NCBI RefSeq assembly: GCF_009834535.1
Contig: NC_045696.1
Span: 109,494,001 to 109,558,000, forward strand
DNA: 64,000 bases
Source: Camelus ferus
Lineage: Eukaryota
Direction: 5' to 3'
Shown: one piece after another, positions 25,175 through 36,790 of the stretch
Position numbering within the stretch: position 1 is the first letter of the stretch
Layout: each line of letters opens with the position of its first letter
Program-made: the position numbers and the translations under genes
Notes under the pieces: generated by a model
What the model saw: the letters and a program-made list of their open reading frames with translations, nothing else
Told to the model about the DNA's origin: nothing
Database searches by the model: none

Positions 25175-26790
25175 CTCCGTCATTCGTTCATTTGTTCAAC
25201 AAATATTTAATGAGCACTAACTATATGTCAAACACCATTCTAGGTGCTGGGGAGACAGGAATGAACAGACAGACAAAAAATATCTGTGCTCATTCTAAAT
25301 GACAAATATGACCTTGATTTATAGAAATAAATAACACATGGTAGATCAGATTACAGTAAGTGCCATGAAGAAAAATAAAGTCGTGGAGGAGGCGTGGTGG
25401 TTATATTTTAAATAACTCTTTATTCTTTAAATTATATTTAAATTATAAATTACTATAATTTATTATATAATTATTATCATTCATTATTGTTAATTATTAT
25501 AAATATAAGTAATATTTAAATAACTCTTTTTTTGTTAAGCTACCACTGACATTTAACATTTTATTAGTTTGTGGGTGTTCAACATAATGGTTCGAGATAT
25601 GTGTATATTGCCAAATGATCACCACAGCGTCTAACACCACACCTCATAATAGTTCATTTTTTTTCTTGTGGTGAGAACTTTTAAGATGTGCTCTTTTTGC
25701 AACTTGCAAATGTACAATATAGTATTATTGGCCATGCTGTAAGTTACATTACATTCCCAGTACTTATTTATTTTATAACTGGAAGTTTCTACCTTTTGAC
25801 CACCTTCACCCATTTCACTCACCCAACTCCCCGACTTTTTCAGAGAAGGCCTGAATGAGAAGTTTCAATTTGAGCAGAAATCTAAAGAAGGCCAGATGAG
25901 AAAGGAGCCCTGTGAACGTGTAAGGCGGAAGGAGCAGCAAGGACAAAGGTCCTGTGCTGTGTTCAAAGAACAGCCAGAGACACAGTGGCTGGAGTGGACG
26001 GGGGAGGGGGAGGCGAGAGAGCTGATCAGAGTGGTGCCGGGGAAAGCGGGCAGGCTCCCAGGGCTCTGGGGACTCTGGGACAGACTTTGTTCTTCTTGCC
26101 GTATTGGGTTTGGGTGGAGGGAACATGGTCTGACATTTCCACAGGATCATTTTGGCTGCTGGGTGGGGAATAGACTGCACGGAGGCAGGAGTGGAGGCAG
26201 GTAGAAGGTGACTGGGAAAGTCCAGGTGGTCGCTGAAACCAGGCGGTCGTAGTGATGGAGGCAGGGAGACATGGTTGGCTTCTGGGGGCGCTGTTGAAGG
26301 TCCAGCCAATGGGACTTACTGACAGTTGGATGTGGGTGTGAAAGAGCAGTCAAGGTGTTCTGCTTGAGGCACTGGTAGGATGAGGTGCCATTTACTGAGA
26401 TGAGGAGGACTGGGGAGGGCGCACCAGGTTTTGGGATGGAAGATGGGAAATGAGATTTGGGGTGTGTGCGCTGAGCCTGTGGGAAATGGAAGCACATGGA
26501 GAACAAGGAAAGCCATGGGACTGGCTGAGCTCATCAAGACAAGAGCAGAGGTGGAGGGTCTGAGTTCTGAGAGTTGAGAGATCAGGGAGGTGAGGAGGAA
26601 CCAGCCAAGGACATCGGGAAGGGTCAGCCAGGGGAAAAACGCTAGGAGGAGGTGATATCAGGAAATTCACGAAAGAAGTGTTTCAGGAAGAGAGAAATGA
26701 TCAACTGAATCAAATGGTGCTGAGAGATCGAGTGAAATGAGAAGAAAGAATTGGCCAGTGGGTTTGGCAATGAGGCAGTCAGTGGGGATC
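25175..26790. mobile_element. Long L2 remnant interrupted by an AT-rich block and an antisense L1 3' end (about 25530-25830)
   Basis: L2 tail cattcgttcatttgttcaacaaatatttaatgagcac; L2 body acaggatcattttggctgctgggtgggg; L1 ttttttcttgtggtgagaacttttaagat. Confidence 0.8.
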
Positions 26791-27742
26791 TTGGCAAGAA
26801 CCACGTACCCAGACTCTGGTCCCTGTTTCCTGAGACGTGAGCACCAGCTTTTCTAGCTGGAAGGAGACTGGCGTGGACAGGGCCGGGGCTATGGTGCTGA
26901 CATCCAGGGTCCAGGTGAACTTACATTCTGAGACAGAGGATCATCTCTTTTTGACCAGTAGTCATGGTCAGAAGATCTACCAGCCCCCCTTTTATCACTT
27001 AACATCCTGCTCCCCAAGCTGGGCTCCGGGTGGGGCTCAGAGAGCATACCTTCCAGGGAGCACCGGTGCTTACTGGTGCTTCCAGCTGGGCAGGGGTGCT
27101 TTAGTCCTCATCCCTCACTGCCAGAGGTGCCCAGGGAGGGCCAGGGCAGATTAGTAGCAAAGCTGTGGGGCCGAAACACACTTCTCCAAGAGACAGTTAG
27201 CCAGGGCCCCTTAACTCAGGTGGCAATCCTAACCTCATGCACATGGCAAGTTCCTTAATATTCTGAGCCCCAATTGTGTCGTCTGCAAAATGAGACTTAT
27301 TGCATGAGGAAATGGGATAGTGCCTGGTGCTTGGAGGTTATTCTGACGATGAAGTCAGAGTCCTCAGGCAGTTCGTTAGGGCACATGTGTGTTCCCAGGA
27401 GCCAGCCAGAATCAGAGGCTTTCTGGAATTTTGCCCCAAAAGGTTGGTCCTAAGATGGTTGAAGTTGAGGCTATGAACCTCTCATGGTCTCTAGAAGCTT
27501 CCCTTGCTCTGATCTAGAAGGCTGAGGCTGGGGAGGGTTTCTGACAACAGGGAAAAGCTGAAACGGCATGCTTGGTCCACTTCGAGGCTCTCTGGGCAAG
27601 CCTAACCCTGCAGCTCTGCTTTGGCCCTTAGGTGACACCAGGCAGCCTCTTGCGGGTGTGCTGTGTGGTACAGTCTGGTCTCCTCAGTGGCGGGTGAGGG
27701 CGGAGCCTGTGATCTCACTGGGCTCCTCTGCTCTTTCCACAG

Positions 27743-27905
27743 ATCAGCAACGCCATTCTCATCATCTTTGTCAGCTACTTTGGCAGCCGGGTGCACCGTC
27801 CGCGGCTGATTGGCATCGGGGGTCTCCTCCTAGCTTCGGGGGCCTTCATCCTCACCCTCCCACACTTCCTCTCAGAGCCTTACCAATACACCTTCACCAG
27901 CATTG
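27743..27905 (+). CDS. SLCO2A1: SLCO2A1 exon 3 ([54 protein letters not shown])
   Basis: ttccacag|ATC acceptor, TTG|gtaagt donor, 163 nt, phase 0/1. Confidence 0.97.
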
Positions 27906-28099
27906 GTAAGTGGCCTTGCATCCCTGCTTCAAGGGGATGAGGATTCATAATTCTGTATGTTCTGACCTTCAGATTAACTCTAGGGAGAAAAGCCAAGAAA
28001 CTTTCTGATGGGAGAGGGAAGCATAGCCCAGAGTTGCATCCATGGTCACATCCGCACCACGTTTGTGAGATGCCCGCTCATTCCTCCTGTGCTTTTAAT

Positions 28100-29950
28100 G
28101 CACATTTAAGAACTCTTTGCTTAATCCCAAGTCAGAAAACCTTTTCCCCATATGTGTTTTTCTAAAAGTTTTATAGTTTTGCATTTACATTTTGAGTTAG
28201 TTTTTTTTATAAGATTCTTTTTCTTCTTTTAGCATATGGGAGTTAAATTGTTTTAGCATCATTTGTCAAAAAGACTATCTTTTCTCCATTAATTTTTTGC
28301 ATAATTATCAAAAATCAATTGGCCATATTTGTATGGATCTCTTTCCAGACCTTCTCTTCTGTTTCATTAGTCTGTGTGTCTGTTCCTTTGCCACTACCCC
28401 ACTGTGTGGGATGACTGCAGCTTTACAGTGAGGTCTTAAAATTAAGTAGTGTGATTCCTCACTTTATTCTTCTTTTTCAAAATTGTTTTATCTTTCTTAT
28501 TCATTTGTCATTCCATATAAATTTTATAATCAGTTTGTCTGTCTATTAACAAATTCTTCCGGAATTTTGATTAGACTTGCATTAAATTCATAGGTCAATT
28601 TGGGGATAACTGGCATGCTTATTAAGTTGAATCTGCCAATCCATGAACACAGTATGCCTCACCATTTCTCTTCCATTTTAACATTGACGTCTGATTTAAC
28701 AAGCTCTAAAGCTGATGAATATCTCTATTCCCCAACAGAACAAAACAAGGATCCTAGGATGTTTGAATGCCCACCATCCTCTCCCATCTTGCATGTTGTT
28801 TGGCCAGTATTTTAGGTCTGCCTGTCTTTAACCTCCCTGCCGTGATCATAATTATTATAGTCGTTGTTTATAAATAAGTCAGTGCTTATTTATGTTTGTC
28901 CACAAGTTTACTGGTTTCTTTGCTCACCGTTGCTTTCTTGCATTTCACCCACCCTTGTTGATTTCATTTCCTTTTTCCTGAAGTACATCCTTCAGCATTA
29001 CTTCCAGGTGGGCCTATGAGTGAGAAAATCTCTGTCTGAAAATGTCTTAATTTCCCCTGGCTCTTGAATTATAGTTTTGCTATGAAGAGGATTTTAAATA
29101 CACAGTTATTCCCTCTCAGCACTTTGAAGGTACCATGCTTCTGTTTTCCGGCTTCGCCTGATGGTGCTTCTTTATTAGTCGAACTGCCATCCCTTCTTCT
29201 CTCCAGGTACCTTTAAGGTTTTCACTCTTTGTTGTCCTGCCTGTCCACCATAAGGTGTCCGAGTAGGGGTTAATTTTACTTATCTATTTGGAAGTTCAGT
29301 GTACTGTTTCTTTTAAAGATTAAGGTTTTCCTTTAATTCTGAAACATTCTTATCCAGAATTGCTCCCGATGTTGCATACTCCTCTTTTCTCCATTCTTTG
29401 CTCTGGAACTCCTTTTTAACGTGTACTGGACATTTTCATTTCTGGCTTCCTTATCTGTTAACTCCTCTTTCTTAGCTTCCAGTGCTGCATTCATCTGTGC
29501 TTCCTGTGTGTGATTTCCTCAGCTATGTCCTTCTGTTCACATAGTCTCTCTCCAGCTCTGTTCATTGACGTCTAACCCATACTTTACACTGTACATATGA
29601 ATGTCTCTACATGTTTTGCTAATTTTTAAAAGTTATTATGATAGTTTTTCAAATTTTTCTGCCCTATTTTCATGATTTCTTGGTATTTCCTTATGATTTT
29701 ACTTTTATTTTGGTCTCTTCAATTATTTTAAATGTATTTATTTTAAAGCCTTTTCCAGATTGTTCTATTAGCACAAGTTTTAAGAATGCTCATCTTCCCT
29801 CATTCTGTGTCTGCTTGCTCTTGTTTGTGGTTGGATTATTTCCTTGTACATTCTGTAATGTTTGACTGTGGCAGTGGGATTTTTTTCCCTCTGTGGAAAT
29901 TTTGTGTTGTCTGAGTGGAGAATAGCCCCACAGAGTGGTTTTGGACTTTC
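28100..29950 (-). mobile_element. Old L1 fragments, antisense to the gene
   Basis: T-rich; tcaaaaatcaattggccatatttgtatggatct...ttccatataaattttataatcagtttgtc. Confidence 0.75.
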
Positions 29951-31399
29951 ATTTACTTGGCACCCTGGGAAGCTCCACTGCTTTGGAGCTAATTTTATGA
30001 TAATATATTGGCTTGGGATAAATTTGCACTTGTTTTAAGGGATGTAAGAAGTGGCGGTGGTTTTGTGGGGAGGAGCAAGTGACACGCTAAACACCCATCC
30101 ATCGCCCACTGTATTGTAGTAGAAGGTATCTGAGGATGGATGGGCCACCCAGGGTGTACTGAGGGAATAACTTATTCCCGTTTGCTTAAATACCAGGCTT
30201 TTTTTTTTTTAAAGTCCTATGTGCAGATCAGTTTCAAGAGAAGAATCACTGAGAATGCTAGAAGGGATTCCGTCATAGGTTGTGAGACCTTCGGTGAGGG
30301 GATGTAGGTGGCTGGGATGAAAAAAGAATGGAGCAGGAACAGTGATGTGTAATGAGGAAATGTTTGCTGGGTTCTGGTCATGCAAATTTTTTCCCCACCT
30401 CCATGTAAATCACCAGTGAACTAATCATTTCTCCTAAATGCCTTGTGGCCTTGTGTCTATTTGGACTATTTAAGGACCTAGTCTTGCTTCAAAGAGGCCC
30501 GAGAGAAAGATAGACCCAAGCCAAGGCGTTCTGACATGCTCTTCCCCCACCTCCATCTAGACAGGGAGTCTGAGGCCAGCTCTGAAGGAGAACCAAGAGG
30601 TACTGGCCACCCTCAGAGAGCCGTGTGCCAAGTTTGCTCCAAACCCATGGTCCCTGCCCTTCTCCATCAGCATGAAGACTGGGCTAATGAAATCTGCAAG
30701 GGAGCCTGGGGCATTGGGGCCAGGCTGCGGGGAGGGCATCCAGCCAGGCACCACACACTGCGGCCTGCTTAGCCTGGAGGGTTGGCTCCCCAAACCTGGA
30801 CCATAAACCAACATCATTTGCTTCACACAAAGCAGCCACCACAGAGGGTGGATGGAGATGGACGGGCCTCTGGGAGCCATCACTCTGCTCCTTGTTAGGG
30901 ATAGTTGGGCAACTTGGGTCATTTCCATCCTCATCCTCCCTGCTCCGACGGAAATACTCTGCCTCAGTGCTCTCAGCCCACTTCCCCTGAGAGCTAAAAG
31001 GGGGGCTGTGAGAGGGACCACGGCTTGCCCCTCAGCCTGCAGGGAGGAATCGTGGGCCAGGAAAATGAGCTTCGTTGTTTTTTCTTGCAACAATAAGACA
31101 CAGTCTTCCTCATGCTGGCTGGGACCAGAGGAGCAGCTGGACGTGCTCAGGGCTGAGCTCCCTTCAGGACATCTTCCTGGTGCCGGGGGTGGGACGAGGA
31201 GGACTTGGACCCAGGAGCCACATCAGTGGGATCTAGCGGGTGCCAGTGCAGCGTGGGCATGTGCTAGGCTGATAGGTGCAAATTAAAATATTCGTAAAGT
31301 CTCACTTCCTGGGAAAAGTTTGAAATGCGACTCTTACTTCAGATGTATTCCTATGGGGACTTTAGTTTTGAATTATGCAAGGTCATTGGCAACAAACGA

Positions 31400-31640
31400 T
31401 TTTCATTACATGCGCCACCTTGACTGGTGTCATGAATCTGAAAGGTCTTCTGGAGTCAGGTGGTCTTGGGTCTGACGCTGGGCTCTGAGACCTCCTAATG
31501 GCACAGCCTTGGCTTCTGCCTCCACACCTGAGTCTCAGTACCTCCCTGTATGAAATGGACCCTCCCTCGCAAGGCTGCACGGGCTGAGAGGCTGCGTGCT
31601 CAGGATTTAGCCAAGTGGCTGGCATGTGCAGGAACAATTA
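31400..31640 (+). mobile_element. MIR SINE (degenerate)
   Basis: tctggagtcagg...ctgagtctcagtacctccctgtatgaaatgg. Confidence 0.55.
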
Positions 31641-31959
31641 AGTCGTGGCTTTTACAACCAGTGGTGGTGGGAACAATACAGGTATTATGCCAGGTAAACT
31701 AGGGTCCCAGATGAGGAAGTGCCTGCTTCCTATGAGGAGTGTGACAGCTCATGGCCTAAGGTGGGGTGTCCTGGGGACATCTGAAGGCAGCTTCTCCCTG
31801 GTCCTCACTGCACCTCCAGCAGGGAACAGCGCCCCTCCCTTGGCGTCGCCCTTGCTGCATCCTCACCTGTGAGACCACAGGATTCCTCTCAGATGAAACT
31901 TAGGCTGCTGTTCTAGTCTACTCCCAGACCTCCAGGTTGGAGCTGCCGGGTATGATGGA

Positions 31960-32165
31960 TAGAGAGAGCGTGAACTTCAACATTCAGATCCCAGCTCAGC
32001 CATTTACTTGCCAAGTCTCCTTAGGCAAGCTGCTGCTTCACCTTTCTGGACCTCAGTTTCTTTATCTGTAAAACAGGAGCAATAACACCTCCACGTTCAG
32101 CGTGTTCAAAAACACACTGAGGGCAAAAGTAAAACAATCATGGAAGTAAAGTGCTTAGCCCATGC
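31960..32165 (+). mobile_element. MIR SINE
   Basis: ttcagatcccagctcagccatttact...tctggacctcagtttctttatctgtaaaacagg. Confidence 0.75.
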
Positions 32166-33069
32166 CCGCTGTTCACACTTCTCTTTGCCCGTCCTGATGC
32201 AGTGTTTGAAATCTCTCACTCATAAGTCCTGACCCCCAAACCTATCATCACGTGTTGACTGCTGAGTTCCTCCCCTTGGAGCAAAGCCACTCCAGAAATG
32301 AATGTGGGAAATGAAGAGTATCTCTGTGTTTTAGGAAGCAAAATTAAACAGGGGCTGATCGTTGTGGGAATCACGGAGACCTTTCACAACTAATTGCTAA
32401 TTTTAAAAAGGCCACGCAGACATTTATGAATGTTTACCTTTTCCAAATGTCAGTGGGTCCAGAAATGTGCCTGGCGCCTTTAGACCAAAGATCCAGCCAA
32501 AGCCTCTAAGACCACTTCTTGAAGGCTCGGGGAGGTTTGAGTGGGTGGGAAGCAGGCCAACACGAGGCCAGTTCTCCTGGGAGATAAGAGGAGGTTCTTC
32601 GGAAACCGGTGTCTGGTAGGACTAGGTGTAACTTGGGAGAGCTCTTGAGCCAAGTCCAGAGGGAAGCGGGCGCCACGCAGACAATGGATGCGCACAGGAG
32701 GGGGCTTCCTGTAGAAGCAGGGCGGGCAAGTCAGCGGTATTTTTGGAGCAGTCCAGAAAAGAAAGGGAAGAGTCCTTTCTACTCCTTTATCATTAAGGTT
32801 GCCAGCGCCTCACCCACGCTCATTCACCAGCAGGAGCGGGTAGGAAGGCATGGGGAGGGGACGCCTCGGGCTTTCGAGGTGACTGAGTCCCTTCCTCGGT
32901 GGAGGACACGCAGGGCCAGAGCAGAGCCCACTCCACTGAACCGGCATCCTTCCCCCGAGGGAACTGCTCCCAGATCACGAGCTCAGGGCGGTTCAGTGGT
33001 GAACACCCGGCTGTGGTGGGAGAGGGGTGCACCCGAAGCCATGGGGGAAGGGAAAGACACGTCATGCGC

Positions 33070-33390
33070 AGGGAGAGGAGTGTGTTTGTGGGGGGCTGTG
33101 TGTAGGGGTTGAGTGTGAGGAGGTGGCAGGGAGAGGATGGGAGGTGGATGTACGTGGAGGTGGAGAGGGTGGGGGTGAGGACGTGTGTGAGGTCCGGGTT
33201 GACGTGTGGAGATGGATGTATGCGAAGGTCCGTGTGGACGTGTGAGGGTGGAGACAGTGGCAGGGGGAACCGTGAAGAGGAAGCGTGGCAGGTTTTGGGG
33301 TGGGAGTGTGAGGGTGGGGGTGTGTGGGGTTAAGTGTGTAAGTGTTGGGCGGGAGAGGGGGTGGGCGGTCTGGGTGGGGGACGGGGGATT
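33070..33390 (+). repeat. G/T-skewed low-complexity tract with many G-runs
   Basis: Very few C; repeated gacgtgtg and GGG/GGGG runs. Confidence 0.85.
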
Positions 33391-34499
33391 TGCACAGCCC
33401 GGCCAGTTGGATCTGTTTAACCTGAAAAGGAAGAGAAAACAATAAGAGGGGGACAAAAAAAATCACCAAACACATGGGTGTTATTAAGGCAGCTGAGAGA
33501 AAAATAGCCTCAAACAGATGAGCACAACAAAGCCTACGGAGACTTGATGTGGAACATATTTCCAATGCACAATACAGGAAAGAGCAGAAATGCGTGTGGA
33601 GAAATGACAGGAAACCCAGGCTGCTGTGTGGCACATCAGGGGCAGTCAGGGAAGGAGCCAGGGCCGCGGGAGACCGGGCATGTCTGTGGCCATGGCCCCA
33701 GCACCGGGCCTGGCGGGGGTTGCCTCTGTCAGGCTCTCATAACATGTGACTTGTGGGAGAGGCCACTCTGCCCCTCTACCCTAGCTGGCCTGGAAACAAG
33801 ATCCCCGTGTTCTGCTGGGTCTCCAGCTCAGGCCCCAGTAAGGACCTGGACCTGAGCGTGACTCCCCTTCTCCTGGAGGCTGGTTTACTCATTTCCCTGC
33901 TGAGGACTGAGGCTGAGGGGCAGGACTGCTTCAGGTCTGGTTGGTGGAGGGGGAAGCCTAGGCGCCAACGGCATCCTGCCCCCTCCCCGGGGAGTGTGGG
34001 TCTTGGGGACCCTTGGCAGACTGTGTGTCTCAGGCCCACCCAAGGCCAGGGGGAAGGTCTCCTTGACAGAGGCAGCACCCAGGGTGAAAAAGGAAGGCAG
34101 GTTACTATCCGAGTGGCTCTGGGCACCCCAGGAAAACCATCAGGGTGTGGCAGATGGCGCCACAGAAGCAGGATGCCAGCCCCTGTCCTGCTGGGGAATG
34201 GGGTTTGAAGAAACCATTGATCCCTCCTGCAAGAGGCCTTGGGCTCCCCAAGGATCCCAGAGGACACGGGGAGGTACTTTCCGCTCTTCTTGCCGTGCTT
34301 GGTAGAGCCGAAGCTGCCAGATATGCTCAGATGCCTCCTGTGGCCCAAAGGCTTGACGTGGGAACCGCCAGGCACATTTGGGGCGTGAGCTGCCCACCCG
34401 GACGCAGGAAACCAGCAGGAGTAGTTTTTTTCTCTCAGGAACAAAAGGACTTTTCAGGGCTCAGACCTTGGATTAGCCACCATGAGAGGATGTGTGGCT

Positions 34500-34780
34500 C
34501 CGAGGTCTCATAGCGGGGAAACTGCAGGGAGAAGTCAGGTATTTGGAGGTGGGGCGCTCGCGGAAGCGGAGCTCCGAGGGGGGATTAGCGCCCTCGTAGC
34601 AGAGGCTGGAGGGCTGGCCTGTGAGGATGTAATGGGAAGCCAGCAGTCCACCCCCACCAGAACCCGCCCAGGCTGGCTCCCTGAGCTTGGACTTCCAGCC
34701 TCCAGAACCGTGAGGACTTACTCTGTTGTTCGTAAGCTGCTCAGTCTGTGATTCTTTGGTCCAGCAACCCCAGCTGACTC
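34500..34780 (+). mobile_element. MLT1-type LTR fragment
   Basis: gggattagcgccctcgtagcagagg...ttggacttccagcctccagaaccgtgag...tctgttgttcgtaagc. Confidence 0.7.
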
Positions 34781-35336
34781 CATTAGATTCATTCCCTTTG
34801 GTTGGAGCCCCTCCTTTTAGCCTTGGTTCTGATTTTGAATTTTCAGCCTGTGGACTGTTTCCTGAGCCATCGCTCCCAGCCGGCTTCGTGTAATTCATGT
34901 CATTCTCAAGGTTGTCAGCTGTTCTCAGCTTTCCCCCAAGCCTGGGACAGTGGTGTTGCATGGTGTTCTGCAAGGGCCACCATCTTCCAGGTCACATGGG
35001 CCCTGGGTACACTTTGAGCTGGTTGTCCCCAGAGGCCTCTCCAGCCACGTGTCTGAATCTTGTCTGGGTATCTGTCAGAATATCTCGACAGACTTTGTCA
35101 AAAGGCTTCCTCCAGTAGAGTAACACTGTGTTACAGCTTCCTGCTGGTCTGGGAGCCCCATTAACAAAGGAAATGAGGCTGGTTCGGCTTGACTGGCTCT
35201 AGATGAACTCATGTTGGCTCGGCTAGTCCCCTTTTTCTCCCCCTTCAACTTGTTGCTCATCAGCCTATTACTAAATTTGTGAAAAGTAAGTTCTGCTTCA
35301 CTCCCAATTGGGGGTGCAAATTAAGCTCACATCTCT

Positions 35337-35433
35337 CTCTTTTTTTTTTCAAGGAGGTACTGGGGATTGAACCCGGGACCTCATCCATGCTAAGCACATG
35401 CTCTACCACTGAGCTATACTTTCCCCCACAGTG
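35337..35433 (-). mobile_element. tRNA-Ala(AGC)-derived SINE (camelid Vic-1-like) with A-tail and 9-bp TSD
   Basis: Minus strand gggggaaagtatagctcagtggtagagcatgtgcttagcatggatgaggtcccgggttcaatccccagtacctcc plus poly-A; cacatctct duplicated at 35328-35336 and 35434-35442. Confidence 0.9.
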
Positions 35434-35819
35434 CACATCTCTTTGAACATGAAAATTAAGTATCTCTGAGCTGCCATCCTGCTCCCTCAGGTATGTCTTC
35501 TTTCTCTCCTGTCCACTAAGAAACAGTTTTGATGGTAAGTCAAGCCAGGTGATGCCTCTTTCCTCAGCTTGGTGGCAATTCCTCAGGGGTGGGCGCGTGT
35601 GCAGGGCTGGGGGTGGGGGGAGGGGCGAGCCCCTTGCCAGCGATGTGGCACCCAGCCTGTTGTATCGCACAGTGGACCTGCCCTCTCGCACCTAGCTCAT
35701 TGGTCACATGGCCTCATCAATACAAATAGGCATTTTCCACGGTCCCTCTAGTGCCAGAGTGGCCATGTGGGAGGGAGCGTCCAGCCTCAGCCTCAGAACT
35801 AGTCTTGGAAACTCACTCT

Positions 35820-36300
35820 TTTTTTAAAACACCTATTTAACGTTTATTGTGGTATAATTCCTGTACAGTAAACTACACATATTTTAAATGTACAATTTGA
35901 TGAATTTTCATAGATGTGTACACCCATGAAATCACCACCACAATCAAGATAGCTAACGTTTCCATCATTCCCCAAGAAGTGCAATTTTCAAACTCCCAAT
36001 TTATCCCTTCCCACCCCCTTTAACCCCTGGTAACCATAAGTTTGTCCTCTATATCTATGAGTCTGTTTCTGTTTTGTAAATAAGTTCATTTGTGTCCTTT
36101 TTTTTAGATTCCACATATAAGCAATATCACATGGTATTTTTTCCTTCTGTTTCTGGCTTACTGCACTTGGAATGACAGTCTCCAGATCCATTCATGTTGC
36201 TGCAAATGGCATTATTTTATTCTTTGTATGGCTGAGTAATATTCCATTGTATATATACACCACATCTTCTCTATCCAGTCATCTGTTGATGGACATTTGG
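35820..36300 (-). mobile_element. L1 3'-end fragments (older piece joined to a younger piece)
   Basis: tgtacaatttgatgaattttcatagatgtgtacacccatgaaatcaccacc; ttagattccacatataagcaatatc...atccattcatgttgctgcaaatggcattattt. Confidence 0.85.
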
Positions 36301-36669
36301 GTTGGGAAACTCAGTCTTGAGAGCAGAGCCGAGGAACCCTCTTCTTCCACTCCCTTGAGCTCACTCTTTTCCTTCATGAATGTGAAGCCTTGCAAGCAGC
36401 CCACTTGCCCTGTCACTCCTTTATTACATCCATCCATTGCTGGTGGCCAGCGTTGATCCTACTTGTCTCTTGTTTCTGAACACAGTCCCCAAGTTCTTAA
36501 AAACCTGGGCAATATTGCTTGTCTCTAGGGTTCTGCCATCTCCCTTATTCATTTAAATTTCCCTGAGTTTCTGGCCTCTTTGAATAAAAATTGATCTTAT
36601 TGTAGGATTGCGATGATCCAGGTTATAATATTGTCATTAGTTTCAATCTGAATAAGAATATTGCAAGGC

Positions 36670-36790
36670 AGGTATTAATATCTGTATCTATTTTGGAGGT
36701 GAAGAGATTGAGGCTCTGAGCGTTCCCTGACCAGTGAGCAGTAGAACCAAGATTTGAATGGATCCTTCCATTGCTTCACCATGTGACTCA
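36670..36790 (-). mobile_element. MIR SINE fragment
   Basis: ttttggaggtgaagagattgaggctctgag...gtagaaccaagatttgaa. Confidence 0.6.

Noticed and set aside
33776..34444. 222-aa minus-strand ORF and similar 150-220 aa ORFs (49926-50561, 55401-56051, 58397-59005)
   Set aside because: No recognisable domain; several are antisense or off-frame shadows of real exons in GC-rich DNA.
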